The notes under the pieces were generated by a model, which searched no databases, had not been told where the DNA came from, and saw only the letters and a program-made list of their open reading frames with translations. Made by a program: the position numbers and the translations under genes. This document shows positions 29,671 through 40,086 of a stretch of 64,000 bases of DNA, in pieces (within the stretch, counting starts at the first letter, position 1; each line of letters begins with the position of its first letter). This DNA comes from a phage: sequence record PV636258.1, one strand, 5' to 3'.

Positions 29671-29967
29671 ATGAAAGAGCAAGAAATTATCCGGCATTGT
29701 ATTCGCTTAGGAACATTAAAACCTCTCTATCAGGCTTTGCGTTTCAATGCCATTAAATTCAAACCTTTACCAAGAACTATCGCAACGTTCTTTGCCATGC
29801 GTTCTGTTGGAAAAACGATTTTCTTTGAGCATGACATTTATTTTTATACAAAGATTAATGGCGAAGATTTAGATAAAATGATTTTCGTGAACGACGATAA
29901 AAATATGAAGATAAAGGTGGAAAACGAATTGCGCAGGATAAATGATTCTTTAAGAGGAATATTTTAA
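29671..29967 (+). CDS. hypothetical protein
   Basis: 98-aa ORF; stop overlaps start of PP-loop gene (TAATG). Confidence 0.4.
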   Translation: MKEQEIIRHCIRLGTLKPLYQALRFNAIKFKPLPRTIATFFAMRSVGKTIFFEHDIYFYTKINGEDLDKMIFVNDDKNMKIKVENELRRINDSLRGIF

Positions 29968-30629
29968 TGGAAATTGTTGTCTCAATATCTGATTGTGATT
30001 TTGTATACCGTGTTCTTCAAGGGGATGCTCCATTGCCGGAGAATAATCAAGAAGTGACGTTGTTCTGGTCTGGTGGGGTGGATAGCACATACATGTTGAT
30101 TTGGTTGTTATCGAAAGGATATTCAGTTCATACTGTGTATTGCCACCTCGAAAATAATAAATTTAAATCTAAGCGCGAAAATTGGGCGAGGAATAAAATA
30201 TACAACTGGATTAATAAAAATGCCCCACTTCTCATGTATCGTTGGACACATCATCAAGAGCCTATCAGTAGCATCAACGTCCCGAACGGTGGTTTTCGCG
30301 CTTGTTTAGCACAAGCCCCGATATGGTTATTAAACACGCAATTTAAAGGCAGTGGCTTGCCGTCCACGTATATCTTGGCATATGTTAACGGCGATGACGC
30401 AATACACTGGATACCCGCCTTTAATAAAGTTATTGAAGGATACAACATGATGACCAGAGACGGGGAAAGACCTATTGAAATTTTATATCCATTGATTAGT
30501 CTCAAGAAATCTTGGTTCTATCATCACATGTCCCCAATACATGACTTAATGACATGGTGTGAATTGCCAATTTTGAAAAAGAATTGTGATTGCCCTGCCT
30601 GTGTTCGACATCGCCATGAGTTATCATAG
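29967..30629 (+). CDS. PP-loop ATP pyrophosphatase, QueC-like
   Basis: SGGVDST PP-loop signature; C-terminal Cys cluster CELPILKKNCDCPAC with QueC-like spacing; about 220 aa like QueC. Confidence 0.6.
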   Translation: MEIVVSISDCDFVYRVLQGDAPLPENNQEVTLFWSGGVDSTYMLIWLLSKGYSVHTVYCHLENNKFKSKRENWARNKIYNWINKNAPLLMYRWTHHQEPISSINVPNGGFRACLAQAPIWLLNTQFKGSGLPSTYILAYVNGDDAIHWIPAFNKVIEGYNMMTRDGERPIEILYPLISLKKSWFYHHMSPIHDLMTWCELPILKKNCDCPACVRHRHELS

Positions 30630-30631
30630 AG

Positions 30632-30973
30632 ATGAAATGTTCGGTTGTTGTAAATGACATCACGAGATTGATAAATCTTATCAAAGACGTCTTCCCACAA
30701 CAGGTGGATGTTGAGTATGTTGGGAAGAACGGAAAGTGCTATCAGGTTGCTCTGGTTCTGAAGCACGTGTATCCTCAAGCAGAGATCCATTATAGCCAGA
30801 TTGAAGGTCATGTGTATACTCTGATTGATGGACATTACTACGACATCGACGGCATCCACTTCAGTGTCCCACCAGACACGTGTTTGCTCGAACATAATAG
30901 AGGTCACAAACCGCATCGTTGGCATAAAGGGTTTGTGAACGTACCGATTTTAGAATGGCTGAGGAAACCATAA
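30632..30973 (+). CDS. hypothetical His-rich protein
   Basis: 113-aa ORF; stop overlaps next start. Confidence 0.4.
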   Translation: MKCSVVVNDITRLINLIKDVFPQQVDVEYVGKNGKCYQVALVLKHVYPQAEIHYSQIEGHVYTLIDGHYYDIDGIHFSVPPDTCLLEHNRGHKPHRWHKGFVNVPILEWLRKP

Positions 30974-31533
30974 TGGCGGGAATTGTAAAGCACCTTGGTG
31001 ACACTCATCTTGGGCATAAGAAGGTCTTTAAACCGCGTGGATTTGATACACAGGAAGCCCATGACGCTGCGGTCATTGACAGTATCTTTCAGGGGTTGAA
31101 GTCTCGGGACGTTCTTGAACTGGCTGGTGATATATGCTTCATCGGGGCTGAAGGGTTCATTCGCCTGATGCGGGAGGGTGCCAAGCGAAACATTGATGAG
31201 TTTAAGCGACGCCCCGTTCCCGATGACTGGCGTCCGAACTTTATCATCAAGGTGGCACAAGGCAACCATGACAGCTTTAAGATGTTGTTGTCTCTGTATC
31301 TGGACGGCTGGATTAGCTCCTTCGGCGCTATGTACGAACGTGACACGCCTGTTGGCTGTGTGTTGACAACACATGTTCCTTATCAATTAGACCGTTGGGC
31401 GTATAATATCCATGGTCATCTTCACGAAAATATTCGAGAAGAGCGCGAATACCTGAACTGCAGTTGGGAACAATTCAAGCGTCCTGTAACCCTGGCTGAG
31501 TTGTTATACACAAATTTAGGAATTGTATTATGA
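30973..31533 (+). CDS. calcineurin-like metallophosphoesterase
   Basis: ATG 30973 after GAGGAA; GDTHLG (motif I), GNHD (motif III), IHGHLH (motif V). Confidence 0.6.
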   Translation: MAGIVKHLGDTHLGHKKVFKPRGFDTQEAHDAAVIDSIFQGLKSRDVLELAGDICFIGAEGFIRLMREGAKRNIDEFKRRPVPDDWRPNFIIKVAQGNHDSFKMLLSLYLDGWISSFGAMYERDTPVGCVLTTHVPYQLDRWAYNIHGHLHENIREEREYLNCSWEQFKRPVTLAELLYTNLGIVL

Positions 31534-31862
31534 AAATATTCTTTCCTGGTCAGAAAGTACCCGAAGAAATAGAAAAGGTCGAGTTATTTGGTTATAAAAG
31601 CGGTGATCCGTTCCTGCGATTTTCTTCACCATGTATTGTGAAGCGTAATCATGAAGGGCATTATGTGCGCCCAATCATCCTCATGGGTTCTGTCATGACG
31701 CTGAGAGCTAAAACGGATTCGGTTGTTATTACTGGAAGTCCCAACATACCCAATGGGAAGACTACGCTAAATTGCAAGCCTATCCTGTCGTCTTGGGCGT
31801 TAATTGGATTTCTGTCTATAATCTTGTTTTATCGTTACCTTACCGACTTGGGGATCTTATGA
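31530..31862 (+). CDS. hypothetical protein with C-terminal TM
   Basis: 110-aa ORF; C-terminal hydrophobic [13 protein letters not shown]. Confidence 0.4.
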   Translation: MKIFFPGQKVPEEIEKVELFGYKSGDPFLRFSSPCIVKRNHEGHYVRPIILMGSVMTLRAKTDSVVITGSPNIPNGKTTLNCKPILSSWALIGFLSIILFYRYLTDLGIL

Positions 31863-32209
31863 AAAAGCCACGCATCACAGGACATCAACTCTGCGTCCTT
31901 TTAGGAATGTTGAATTTTGAAAAGGGTGAAGCCAGACGCCTTTGTCATTGGTATTTCAATCCCAAATCTTGGACGAACGATAAAGGGAAAACGGTTTGGA
32001 CTTTTCATGCGCCACCGATATCTGGCGGGTTTCGTTCTGTAAAGGGTGATCCATGGGATACGCGTTCAGGTCAATCCTTGTTGTCTAAAGGTCTGATCGA
32101 ACCTGCGTTTACAATGGTTCACGACAACTCTGAAGAGTATAAGCATTGGCCGAAGTCTGAAGTAACATTCTATAGGCTTACAGACCTCGGTAAAGCATGT
32201 ACTGAATAA
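31859..32209 (+). CDS. hypothetical protein
   Basis: ORF trimmed to ATG 31859 overlapping upstream stop. Confidence 0.4.
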   Translation: MKKPRITGHQLCVLLGMLNFEKGEARRLCHWYFNPKSWTNDKGKTVWTFHAPPISGGFRSVKGDPWDTRSGQSLLSKGLIEPAFTMVHDNSEEYKHWPKSEVTFYRLTDLGKACTE

Positions 32210-32227
32210 TATTTTAGGTTATTGAAG

Positions 32228-32252
32228 AAAGGGGAAGGTATACTTCCCCTTA
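32228..32252 (+). terminator. terminator-like hairpin (TTGAAGAAA + GGGGAAG-GTATA-CTTCCCC)
   Basis: GC stem with AT loop, member of recurrent element family; weak T-run. Confidence 0.4.
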
Positions 32253-32272
32253 ATTTATTGGGAGAGACAAAC

Positions 32273-32590
32273 ATGATTTCATTAAAAGAAATGTACGAAC
32301 GCCTCGAAGAACTGAAATCTAAAGAACGTCTGTATTCAGAAGAGAATGCAGAAATGTCAGATCTTATCGAAAAAATTGCGTTGCGTGAAAAGTATCTTCA
32401 ACGTTATATCAATCATCCACCTCATATGGTTGAGCGCATGTCTACAATTCTCGAATTGGACAGCAGCGGTGTAACAGGCAAAGACCTGATTGTCAAAGAG
32501 GTTCATTCCATGGTGTCACTCGGTCAGATCTTTGGCCGCGCCGACCAGGATGACATGATCTTTTTACTTGAAAAGGCTCTGGTAAAATAA
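32273..32590 (+). CDS. hypothetical protein
   Basis: ATG 32273 (MISLKEMYERL). Confidence 0.4.
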   Translation: MISLKEMYERLEELKSKERLYSEENAEMSDLIEKIALREKYLQRYINHPPHMVERMSTILELDSSGVTGKDLIVKEVHSMVSLGQIFGRADQDDMIFLLEKALVK

Positions 32591-33111
32591 TGGCTATCAA
32601 ACCACGAATGATGTTCGCCCATATGCGATCAGCTGCAGCATATGGTGTAACCAGTTATGCTCGGCGTCTGCAAGTCGGTTGTGTTATCGTAAACCCTGAA
32701 ACTGATCAGCCTGTGGCTATCGGATGGAACGGAACGCCTCCTGGCATGCCGAATGTTTGTGAGATGGAACAACACGGGCAAATTGTTACAAACCCGCGTG
32801 TCATTCATGCGGAGGAAAATGCTCTAATGCGTATCCCCGAAAATGCAGATGATTTCACAGGGTTGGTTATGTTTGTGACACATAGCCCATGCCCTGATTG
32901 CACTCAGAAGATCATCGACAACGGCAAGATCGATAAAGTATATTATCAAGAGCCATATCGTATCATGGATGGAATCAAAATATTGATGAACTCCGGAATT
33001 GAAGTTTACCGGATGGTGGGCGATATGGCAATCCTTAAACACGTTTTCGACGATCAAGGCGAAGTCGGATACGAACAAATCTTATCCAACCCAGACAAAG
33101 TAAGGAATTAA
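32590..33111 (+). CDS. cd: dCMP deaminase
   Basis: Zinc-dependent cytidine/dCMP deaminase motifs HAEENAL and SPCPDC. Confidence 0.8.
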   Translation: MAIKPRMMFAHMRSAAAYGVTSYARRLQVGCVIVNPETDQPVAIGWNGTPPGMPNVCEMEQHGQIVTNPRVIHAEENALMRIPENADDFTGLVMFVTHSPCPDCTQKIIDNGKIDKVYYQEPYRIMDGIKILMNSGIEVYRMVGDMAILKHVFDDQGEVGYEQILSNPDKVRN

Positions 33112-33112
33112 A

Positions 33113-33520
33113 ATGCGTTATGTAGACCGCATGCTCGGCGAAAATGAACATGTCATCGCTTTCACCCGCCCGACTTGGTGGAGCGGTTTTTGGATTTATG
33201 TTCTGGTTATTTTAACGATTATCCCAACATTTGGATTCAGCTTGTTATTTCTGATACCAACAATTTTAAATGTGTTGACAACTGAATTCGCAGTCACCAA
33301 CAAGCGTGTTATTGTCAAACGGGGATTTATTCGTCGTGATGCTGATGAACTCCGTCTTGGTAAAGTAGAAACCATTAAGGTGGACCAGTCTATTACAGGC
33401 CGTATCTTGAAGTTTTCGACCATCAGTGTTATTGGTACGGGCGGTACTCGCCTGTTGGCTACAGGTTGTGCTAAAGGGAACGAATTCCGTCAAAAAATTT
33501 ATGATCATCTGGGTGACTAA
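33113..33520 (+). CDS. membrane-anchored protein with bacterial PH-like domain
   Basis: Two N-terminal TM segments then soluble beta-rich region; YdbT-like architecture. Confidence 0.4.
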   Translation: MRYVDRMLGENEHVIAFTRPTWWSGFWIYVLVILTIIPTFGFSLLFLIPTILNVLTTEFAVTNKRVIVKRGFIRRDADELRLGKVETIKVDQSITGRILKFSTISVIGTGGTRLLATGCAKGNEFRQKIYDHLGD

Positions 33521-33739
33521 ATGATTACTGCAGGATACACCGTCGATTTGTATTGTGAGTGTGTTGAATGCAAATCTTGTAATTGGGCTTGGGAAGAACA
33601 TCACCCCAGATGTGGGATGAAGTCTTATGCTGGTGAATCTTGGGGAGACTGTGCTAGACAAGCCCGTGCTGATGGGTGGATGATATGCAGGGACAAACAA
33701 ACTTGCTTTGCCCCTGGACATCCAAGGAAATCAGGGTAA
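33521..33739 (+). CDS. Cys-rich small protein
   Basis: CECVECKSC ... HPRCG ... C clusters. Confidence 0.35.
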   Translation: MITAGYTVDLYCECVECKSCNWAWEEHHPRCGMKSYAGESWGDCARQARADGWMICRDKQTCFAPGHPRKSG

Positions 33740-34351
33740 TAACAAACCATCATCTTCCGATTGCGTTGGTTGTTTATTAGCAGTTTCCTTCTTCATTTGC
33801 TCTTTCAACGCATTAATCCTTTGAGCGCGGCGTCGATCTTCCATTTCGACTTCGCGCTTTTTCTTAGAACGAAGAGCAAATTGTTTTTTAACTTCTGGGT
33901 CTTCACCTGGCACCAAATGTTCTTCTGTCCAGATAATGAATTTCCAACCCACCTTTGCACAATGTTCTTTAGTTGCTGTCCACTTTGCCTGATTTACCAA
34001 CCAAGTGCGCATTGAATTATTGAATGTTGATTCCTTCATCGTTTTAGTTTTGCGAGGTTCTTTAATCTGGTCTTTGGGTTTTATTTCAATAAGAGTAATT
34101 TGTAATTCATCGGAATCCTGCCGACGAGTCCAAACCTTCAAATCCATGAAATAACGATGGGCGCGGCCATCAACCGGAGATATGTAAGGGATTACACAAG
34201 TTTCCGAACCCCACTTCACGATAGCAGGATTCATGTCACAGAATTTGAATGCAACCAATTCTAAAGAGGAACGAAACACGATATCTTTTACGTCTCCGAC
34301 ATATTTTTGAGGATTTACGGGGACATACTTCCCCTGCAAATACATAGCCAT
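33731..34351 (-). CDS. hypothetical protein with PD-(D/E)xK-like motif
   Basis: 206 aa; YFMDLKV ... ITLIEIKPK resembles D-(x)n-ExK nuclease-fold motif; divergent from structural cluster. Confidence 0.4.
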   Translation of the reverse strand: MAMYLQGKYVPVNPQKYVGDVKDIVFRSSLELVAFKFCDMNPAIVKWGSETCVIPYISPVDGRAHRYFMDLKVWTRRQDSDELQITLIEIKPKDQIKEPRKTKTMKESTFNNSMRTWLVNQAKWTATKEHCAKVGWKFIIWTEEHLVPGEDPEVKKQFALRSKKKREVEMEDRRRAQRINALKEQMKKETANKQPTQSEDDGLLLP

Positions 34352-34404
34352 ATTCTAGTCCTAAATAGTGTCATCACTCTATTCTAATTAAAGGGCTTCA
34401 GACC

Positions 34405-35373
34405 ATGGCGAATTTCAAGTCGACCATCGATAAGATCAAAGTTCTGAACACAAAAGGCTTGGCCAAGTCTCAGAAGCAATTGGTCTATCCATTAGACATA
34501 ACAGGGGGTAAAACCCTGGGCCATTATGTTCTATTCAACATCAACCGAATATCTGGTTCTTCATATGGGGACACCACAACCCAAACCGTCGAAAATCCGA
34601 TACAAAATCCATTGGGTAAGACTCCTGTGGTTTATGGTTCTAAATCGGGGTCTATTAGCAAATATGCTTGGGCGCGTCATGTCCGCTCTAACGAGTCAAT
34701 CGTGTTGTGTATGCCCGAATCCATTACAACCAACTATGGCGTTGGTTGGAACGGCTCCGAGTTGGGATTAGCAGGTATGGGTGCCCAATTCTTATCACGC
34801 GCCGCCCAAGATATGAGTCAATTCAAACTTGGGGATGCTTTGAATGTTGGGAAAGAAATGGGGAGATTTGCGGCAACAAAGGCCATTCAATCTGCTTCGG
34901 AAGCAATTCCTTTCTTGCCGACAATTAATGCTCATGATACATTAGAATTGTTTACAGGTACGATGACCAACCCGTATGTGGAAATGATTTTCCAAGGGGT
35001 GCGCAACCGAGAAATCCCGTTCACATTCAAATTCACTCCAAGATCGCAAAAAGAGGCGAAAATGGTGCGGGAGATTATCCGTTTATTCAAGATGCACATG
35101 TATCCAGAATACAAATACAACAAGAATTCCAGCGCATTCTATCTTCATCCATCCACGTTTGATATCACGTTCATGGTCCAGGGAGAACGCAACAAATGGT
35201 TGCATCGGATATCGACTTGCGTCCTATCAAATATGTTTGTCAACGAGACGCCTGACTCTTCATATGCTGTACACAAAGATGACAGCATCGTGTCGACACA
35301 AATCGACATGACGTTTATAGAACTAGAACCGTTGCACAAAGGCCGCTTTGATACCGAAGGCGACAGCTTCTAA
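34405..35373 (+). CDS. putative baseplate/tail-tube-associated structural protein
   Basis: 322-aa ORF heading a cluster that ends in a tape-measure-like protein; assignment by context. Confidence 0.4.
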   Translation: MANFKSTIDKIKVLNTKGLAKSQKQLVYPLDITGGKTLGHYVLFNINRISGSSYGDTTTQTVENPIQNPLGKTPVVYGSKSGSISKYAWARHVRSNESIVLCMPESITTNYGVGWNGSELGLAGMGAQFLSRAAQDMSQFKLGDALNVGKEMGRFAATKAIQSASEAIPFLPTINAHDTLELFTGTMTNPYVEMIFQGVRNREIPFTFKFTPRSQKEAKMVREIIRLFKMHMYPEYKYNKNSSAFYLHPSTFDITFMVQGERNKWLHRISTCVLSNMFVNETPDSSYAVHKDDSIVSTQIDMTFIELEPLHKGRFDTEGDSF

Positions 35374-35386
35374 GGAGAAAGATGCC

Positions 35387-35944
35387 ATGAAATATTTTGA
35401 GAAATTTCCACTCGTGTGGCATCAACTAATTGGTGTCAAAGAGGATGACCAAGTCCTGTTGCAGAACTTAACACGACGGGTTATGGTTGTTAAGAAAATT
35501 AGGGACATAGAAGGGCTTCTCCTGCCGTATACTGTTTTTGATGGGGAAACCCCAAGGTCTTTTGCCGAACGCGTCTACGGTTCCTTCGAGCTGTTTTGGA
35601 TCCCATGTCTTATCAATGGTATCATGGACATCGCAGAGGACTGGCCAAAACCAGAGCGCCGTATCATTGAAGAACTGACGGCTCGATACGGCCTTGACGG
35701 AATGTGGGATGTGAAATACTATGTTGACGAATTCGGTCATGAAACAGATCCTAGAGCAATACGTTTAGCATATGGCCTTGGTTCTATGGATGATTCCACG
35801 ATTATCGCCAACTATGGTCTGACAGGTATTACATATCATGATGATGCTATAAACAAAAACGAAGCCAAACGGAATATTCAGGTTCTAGACCCAGATTATG
35901 TTTCTTCCTTTGTTAATCAGCTGGAACAGGAGCTGACCAAATGA
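35387..35944 (+). CDS. putative baseplate structural protein
   Basis: ATG 35387 after AAGGAGAAAG; context only. Confidence 0.4.
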   Translation: MKYFEKFPLVWHQLIGVKEDDQVLLQNLTRRVMVVKKIRDIEGLLLPYTVFDGETPRSFAERVYGSFELFWIPCLINGIMDIAEDWPKPERRIIEELTARYGLDGMWDVKYYVDEFGHETDPRAIRLAYGLGSMDDSTIIANYGLTGITYHDDAINKNEAKRNIQVLDPDYVSSFVNQLEQELTK

Positions 35945-37329
35945 TCGAAAATAAAGAATCCCAGGACGGAATTTTAACTCCGTCCACAACATTTGATTTG
36001 AAATATATGGCGATATTACCACACACGCCTGAAGGCGGTACTCCCAAGCCTTATGACCTTTCATCGTTGTTTCAAGAATTCAACGTATATCAGGATCTTG
36101 GTCTGGAAGGGAATGCTTCACCGTCGCTGACAGCTAATATTCTGATCAAAGAAGGCTGGGATATATTGGATACAATGCCAATCCTCGGAGGTGAGGAAGT
36201 AGTGGTATCGTTCAAATCTCCTGCAGCTTCTGATTACACTACGCTTTCATTGCGAGTCAGTCGGGTAGGAAGAGTTGCTGATGAATCGAACTCTTCTTCG
36301 AAAAAGGCATTCTGGTTACACTTGGTAACAACAGACGCGTATCGAGATAGCATGTTGCGTAAATCTCTTGGATTAAGCGGTTCTTATTCTGAGATGGCAG
36401 CTAAGATCTTTGAGCAACTGAATTCACGCACCAAATTTGAAGACATAGATCCTTCATATGGGATACAAGAAAGGTTCGCTACCCCTCTTTGGCCTGTACT
36501 CCGCTCCATAGATTATATGGCCAGCCGTGCATATGACGAATTATTCATGCCGTTCGTTTTCTATGAAGACTTTACGGGTTATCACTTCAAAAGCATGACG
36601 ACGTTGTTCAACCAGGGCAACCAGTCTATGACTGCTGAAGAGAAGCAAGAGGCTTCTATTGAAAAGAAATTCTTCCGAGACCCTCAAGACGCGCCGTTGA
36701 TGCAGGATAACAATTTCAACTCAGAACGTTTCATGCGGACTATAATCAAGGCTGAAAAGAAACTGGCGCGTGATCAATACATGGCGAATTATCGGGATAT
36801 CTTGGCAGTGAACGAGCGCGTGTATGACTTTAGTACAAAATCCACGACAGCGACCCAACGCATTTATTCAGAATGGTTTGACAGCACTGCTCACCTTGAT
36901 CCTTTCCCTTTGTTCTCTGATCAATTCGACCGCGAGAACGTTAGGTACATTGAAGCGCAACCGGATGGTGCCGAACAAATAGATTACGCACGACGCGTTA
37001 TAGAATTCAGCCTCGCGTCAACGGTTATGCGTTTGCTGGTCGTGGGGGATAACCGTCTGAATGTTGGGCAGGTTTATTATATTGAAGATTTGTCGAACCG
37101 CCCGAAATCTAATGAAAACATTGCCGAGTTAAGTAAGTTATCAACAGGCCATTATATCGTCACAAAGATACGCCACAAGATTTCACGCCTGACAAATGAT
37201 TATCAATGCGTCGCTGAGATTGCCAAAGATAGTATGATCCAGAAGGTCTTACCGCCTCAGACTGGTCAAACTGTGGCTTCTACACCAACTCCGACGCCAA
37301 TAGAGAAAGGACAAGCCCAGAAGGTCTGA
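35941..37329 (+). CDS. putative baseplate hub/tail structural protein
   Basis: 462-aa ORF, start overlaps upstream stop; context only. Confidence 0.45.
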   Translation: MIENKESQDGILTPSTTFDLKYMAILPHTPEGGTPKPYDLSSLFQEFNVYQDLGLEGNASPSLTANILIKEGWDILDTMPILGGEEVVVSFKSPAASDYTTLSLRVSRVGRVADESNSSSKKAFWLHLVTTDAYRDSMLRKSLGLSGSYSEMAAKIFEQLNSRTKFEDIDPSYGIQERFATPLWPVLRSIDYMASRAYDELFMPFVFYEDFTGYHFKSMTTLFNQGNQSMTAEEKQEASIEKKFFRDPQDAPLMQDNNFNSERFMRTIIKAEKKLARDQYMANYRDILAVNERVYDFSTKSTTATQRIYSEWFDSTAHLDPFPLFSDQFDRENVRYIEAQPDGAEQIDYARRVIEFSLASTVMRLLVVGDNRLNVGQVYYIEDLSNRPKSNENIAELSKLSTGHYIVTKIRHKISRLTNDYQCVAEIAKDSMIQKVLPPQTGQTVASTPTPTPIEKGQAQKV

Positions 37330-37339
37330 GAGGTGACAA

Positions 37340-39280
37340 ATGGCAGATAACAATCAACCGACACCAGGGCAGCAAGACATCGTCAAGGTTTTGGATAAAA
37401 TCAAAAAAGAAATGATGGAGCGCAAGCAATTGCGCGCCCAATCCGAGACGAATAAACAGCTCGCAGATGTCAACAAACAACTGCAATCTCTGAAGACACG
37501 CCAGGCGTCTAATCAGGAGCAGAAAGTACCGCCAATTAAATTCCCATCGGTGAATGACATCGTCGGTGGGTTCGTTCGCGTTAGTCCTATTTTCACAAGG
37601 GACTATAGCACGTGGATGAAAGACACTGTCAGCCTTTCCAAGGACGGAAATGAAGAACTGATGCGAATCGCAACCAAAATAGAAAAATTTGGCGAAGCGG
37701 CGAATGGTCCTGTTGATGATATGTCTGTTGAATATCTTGACATGATATCAGATCAATTGGGCGCGGCCAACGAAGATAGTCTTGAACGCCTTGATGGATT
37801 AAAGGATAAGCTGGCGTTGGTCGGAGGGGAGATCGTAAACCTGACTGACATAATGCTTCAAACGCATAAGGACACGCTGGATTTCAATAAAGATGCCAGT
37901 AACGAAACTGTTACCCGCCTCGACAGCATTGATGACAAATTGGGATACATGAACGAAGATCTTAATGATACTCTGACACGTATCTATGAAAGTGATCAAA
38001 AATATAGAGAAGAAGAGAAATTCCGTCGTGGCGAAGAAGGTAAGGAAAACAAGAACAACCCAGAGGCTGGTTCTATCCCTCCGTCTGAGCCTAAACAAGA
38101 TGGTCAATCTTCTGGGTTAGGCGCGGCGCTGGGGGCACTCCTTGGACTGGGTGCGTTAAAACTCCTGATGTCCCCATTAAAACTTGTTGGTGGCTTCATT
38201 AAATTATTCATGGGGTTTGGTGCTGGGATCGGCGGGTTGCTTGCGCCTCTGAAAGCAGCAACCAAGATGCTTCGAGTTGGACCTCTGGCGTTAATAACAT
38301 CTGTATTTGAATTCGGTAAAGGTTTCTTTAATGCTAAAGAAATCCTTGGTAAAGCGCAAGTATCGATCGTTGATCGGGTTCAGGCAGGGATAACAGAGCT
38401 GGTCGGTAGTTTCGGGGATCTCGCTGATTGGGTTGCTGAAATATTCGGATGGAACAATGCTGGGTTTGGAAAGGCGTTCCGTGAACAAGTGCTGAAAATG
38501 ACCGAAGCGCCCGTGCGTTGGTTGAACTCGATTGTTGATTGGGTCACCAACGATTTGTTTGCGGGTATCGGGAAGAGTACATCACTGACCGAAATCCCTG
38601 GTAAACTTGCAGACAACTTACAAGGCCAATTGATAAAATTGGTTGATTGGGTAACGGGCGGAATATCAGGATTGATTGATGATGGCATGGCGGCTGCAAA
38701 TAAAGTCGTTGAAGATATGAAGAAAGGATTTGCGGAAAACGTGAAGAAACCATTCTTTAATATGTTGAATGCCATAACCAATGCCATGTTTGATATCGTG
38801 GATAAATTCGTGAGTATCATACCTGATGCTCTGGGTGGTGAAGCAGCCAGGAACAAAATGGCGGAAGCAAGACAGTCTATGCTAATCAGCCAAGACGATA
38901 AGGCTCCTGAGAATGCGTCTACGCCGCCAAGCAGTCAATCACCAGCACAACCCAATGCCAATATCAGCACGTTAACTCCGATGCCTTCTGGGGTGTCCTC
39001 AGACGCTGTCAACGTTACGGATAGAACTTCACAATTGAAAGACGCATACGCGGGAATTGGGGGAGGTACTCTGGGCGGGGCTTATCCGGTTCAAGGAAGA
39101 GCAGCCAATAACATCGAAGAAGTTAAATCCGCCTATGCTAACCCGCCAGCCAGTGTTGTGGTTCCAGTACAACAAAATGTGGACAACTCGAAGAAAGTCA
39201 GTACGACGAACAACTTCAATAGTTCACAGTTGGAGCCGTCCAACCGTACTGATACAGGGCGCATTCTCTGGGATTGGTAA
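37340..39280 (+). CDS. tail tape-measure / hub-like protein (gp29-like)
   Basis: 646 aa; N-terminal coiled-coil, Gly/Ala-rich hydrophobic stretch GLGAALGALLGLGALKLL...GFGAGIGGLLAPL typical of tape-measure proteins. Confidence 0.5.
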   Translation: MADNNQPTPGQQDIVKVLDKIKKEMMERKQLRAQSETNKQLADVNKQLQSLKTRQASNQEQKVPPIKFPSVNDIVGGFVRVSPIFTRDYSTWMKDTVSLSKDGNEELMRIATKIEKFGEAANGPVDDMSVEYLDMISDQLGAANEDSLERLDGLKDKLALVGGEIVNLTDIMLQTHKDTLDFNKDASNETVTRLDSIDDKLGYMNEDLNDTLTRIYESDQKYREEEKFRRGEEGKENKNNPEAGSIPPSEPKQDGQSSGLGAALGALLGLGALKLLMSPLKLVGGFIKLFMGFGAGIGGLLAPLKAATKMLRVGPLALITSVFEFGKGFFNAKEILGKAQVSIVDRVQAGITELVGSFGDLADWVAEIFGWNNAGFGKAFREQVLKMTEAPVRWLNSIVDWVTNDLFAGIGKSTSLTEIPGKLADNLQGQLIKLVDWVTGGISGLIDDGMAAANKVVEDMKKGFAENVKKPFFNMLNAITNAMFDIVDKFVSIIPDALGGEAARNKMAEARQSMLISQDDKAPENASTPPSSQSPAQPNANISTLTPMPSGVSSDAVNVTDRTSQLKDAYAGIGGGTLGGAYPVQGRAANNIEEVKSAYANPPASVVVPVQQNVDNSKKVSTTNNFNSSQLEPSNRTDTGRILWDW

Positions 39281-39943
39281 TTAAATTCCGTGGGCAAGGA
39301 TTAGCTCACGGAGTTTTCCTTTTGTGTATTCTGTGTTTTCATCAGGAACAACTGAATTGGTTTTCTTTAATAAAAAAGACTCAGAGTTCCAATAGATGTC
39401 ATCCTTGAGTATTGTATCATATAAATGGATGAAACCCACTACTTTATTCAATCCAACGAGAAACCAAATTGGATAGCGTTTAACAATAATATCTGTCAGT
39501 AAAGGTGGATGCCCATTACCATTTCCTTTGATATATTGGATAAAATTCACGCCTCTTTCTTTTATCTCAGGGATCATATATCTCTCAAAATGTTCAAGAA
39601 AATTATATGAGAAGTTGTCATACAGGCGGCGATATTCATTATAATTTTCTTGGGCCTGTCTTGTAAGTAATGTTGTCACCCACGTCTTTGGTGATTTAAC
39701 AAAGTTGGCAATAATATAATTTTCCACCACTTCACCTTGGGACGATTCGAACCGACGAGCAAGTTTAGCAAATTGTTTGGCCACGCCCTGTTTAGAATAG
39801 AACGTTTCAAACTTGTAATTGTTCATCGGTCCATACAGGCCATAATCAAAGTCTTTTGTGGTGAAATGCAATTTGATCGCCATATAGATGCAATAAACGT
39901 TGAATGCCCTTTCATATTGCATTTTCTCCCACTCAGTTATCAT
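39281..39943 (-). CDS. 59: gp59-like helicase loader (tentative)
   Basis: 220 aa (T4 gp59 is 217 aa); helix pattern YCIYMAIKLH ... KQFAKLARRF ... resembles my recollection of T4 gp59; located with ligase and helicase genes. Confidence 0.4.
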   Translation of the reverse strand: MITEWEKMQYERAFNVYCIYMAIKLHFTTKDFDYGLYGPMNNYKFETFYSKQGVAKQFAKLARRFESSQGEVVENYIIANFVKSPKTWVTTLLTRQAQENYNEYRRLYDNFSYNFLEHFERYMIPEIKERGVNFIQYIKGNGNGHPPLLTDIIVKRYPIWFLVGLNKVVGFIHLYDTILKDDIYWNSESFLLKKTNSVVPDENTEYTKGKLRELILAHGI

Positions 39944-40086
39944 GGAGTTTCTCCTTGCGTTTCTGTCTTTGAAGTCGGTGACGTTCTGAGCAAAACTGGT
40001 AGTACTCAGACAGCAATCCTTTCTCCTTTATAAAGAGAATGGCGTTTCGAAAAGCAATTCCAATCTTGGCATATGACGGCGGATTT

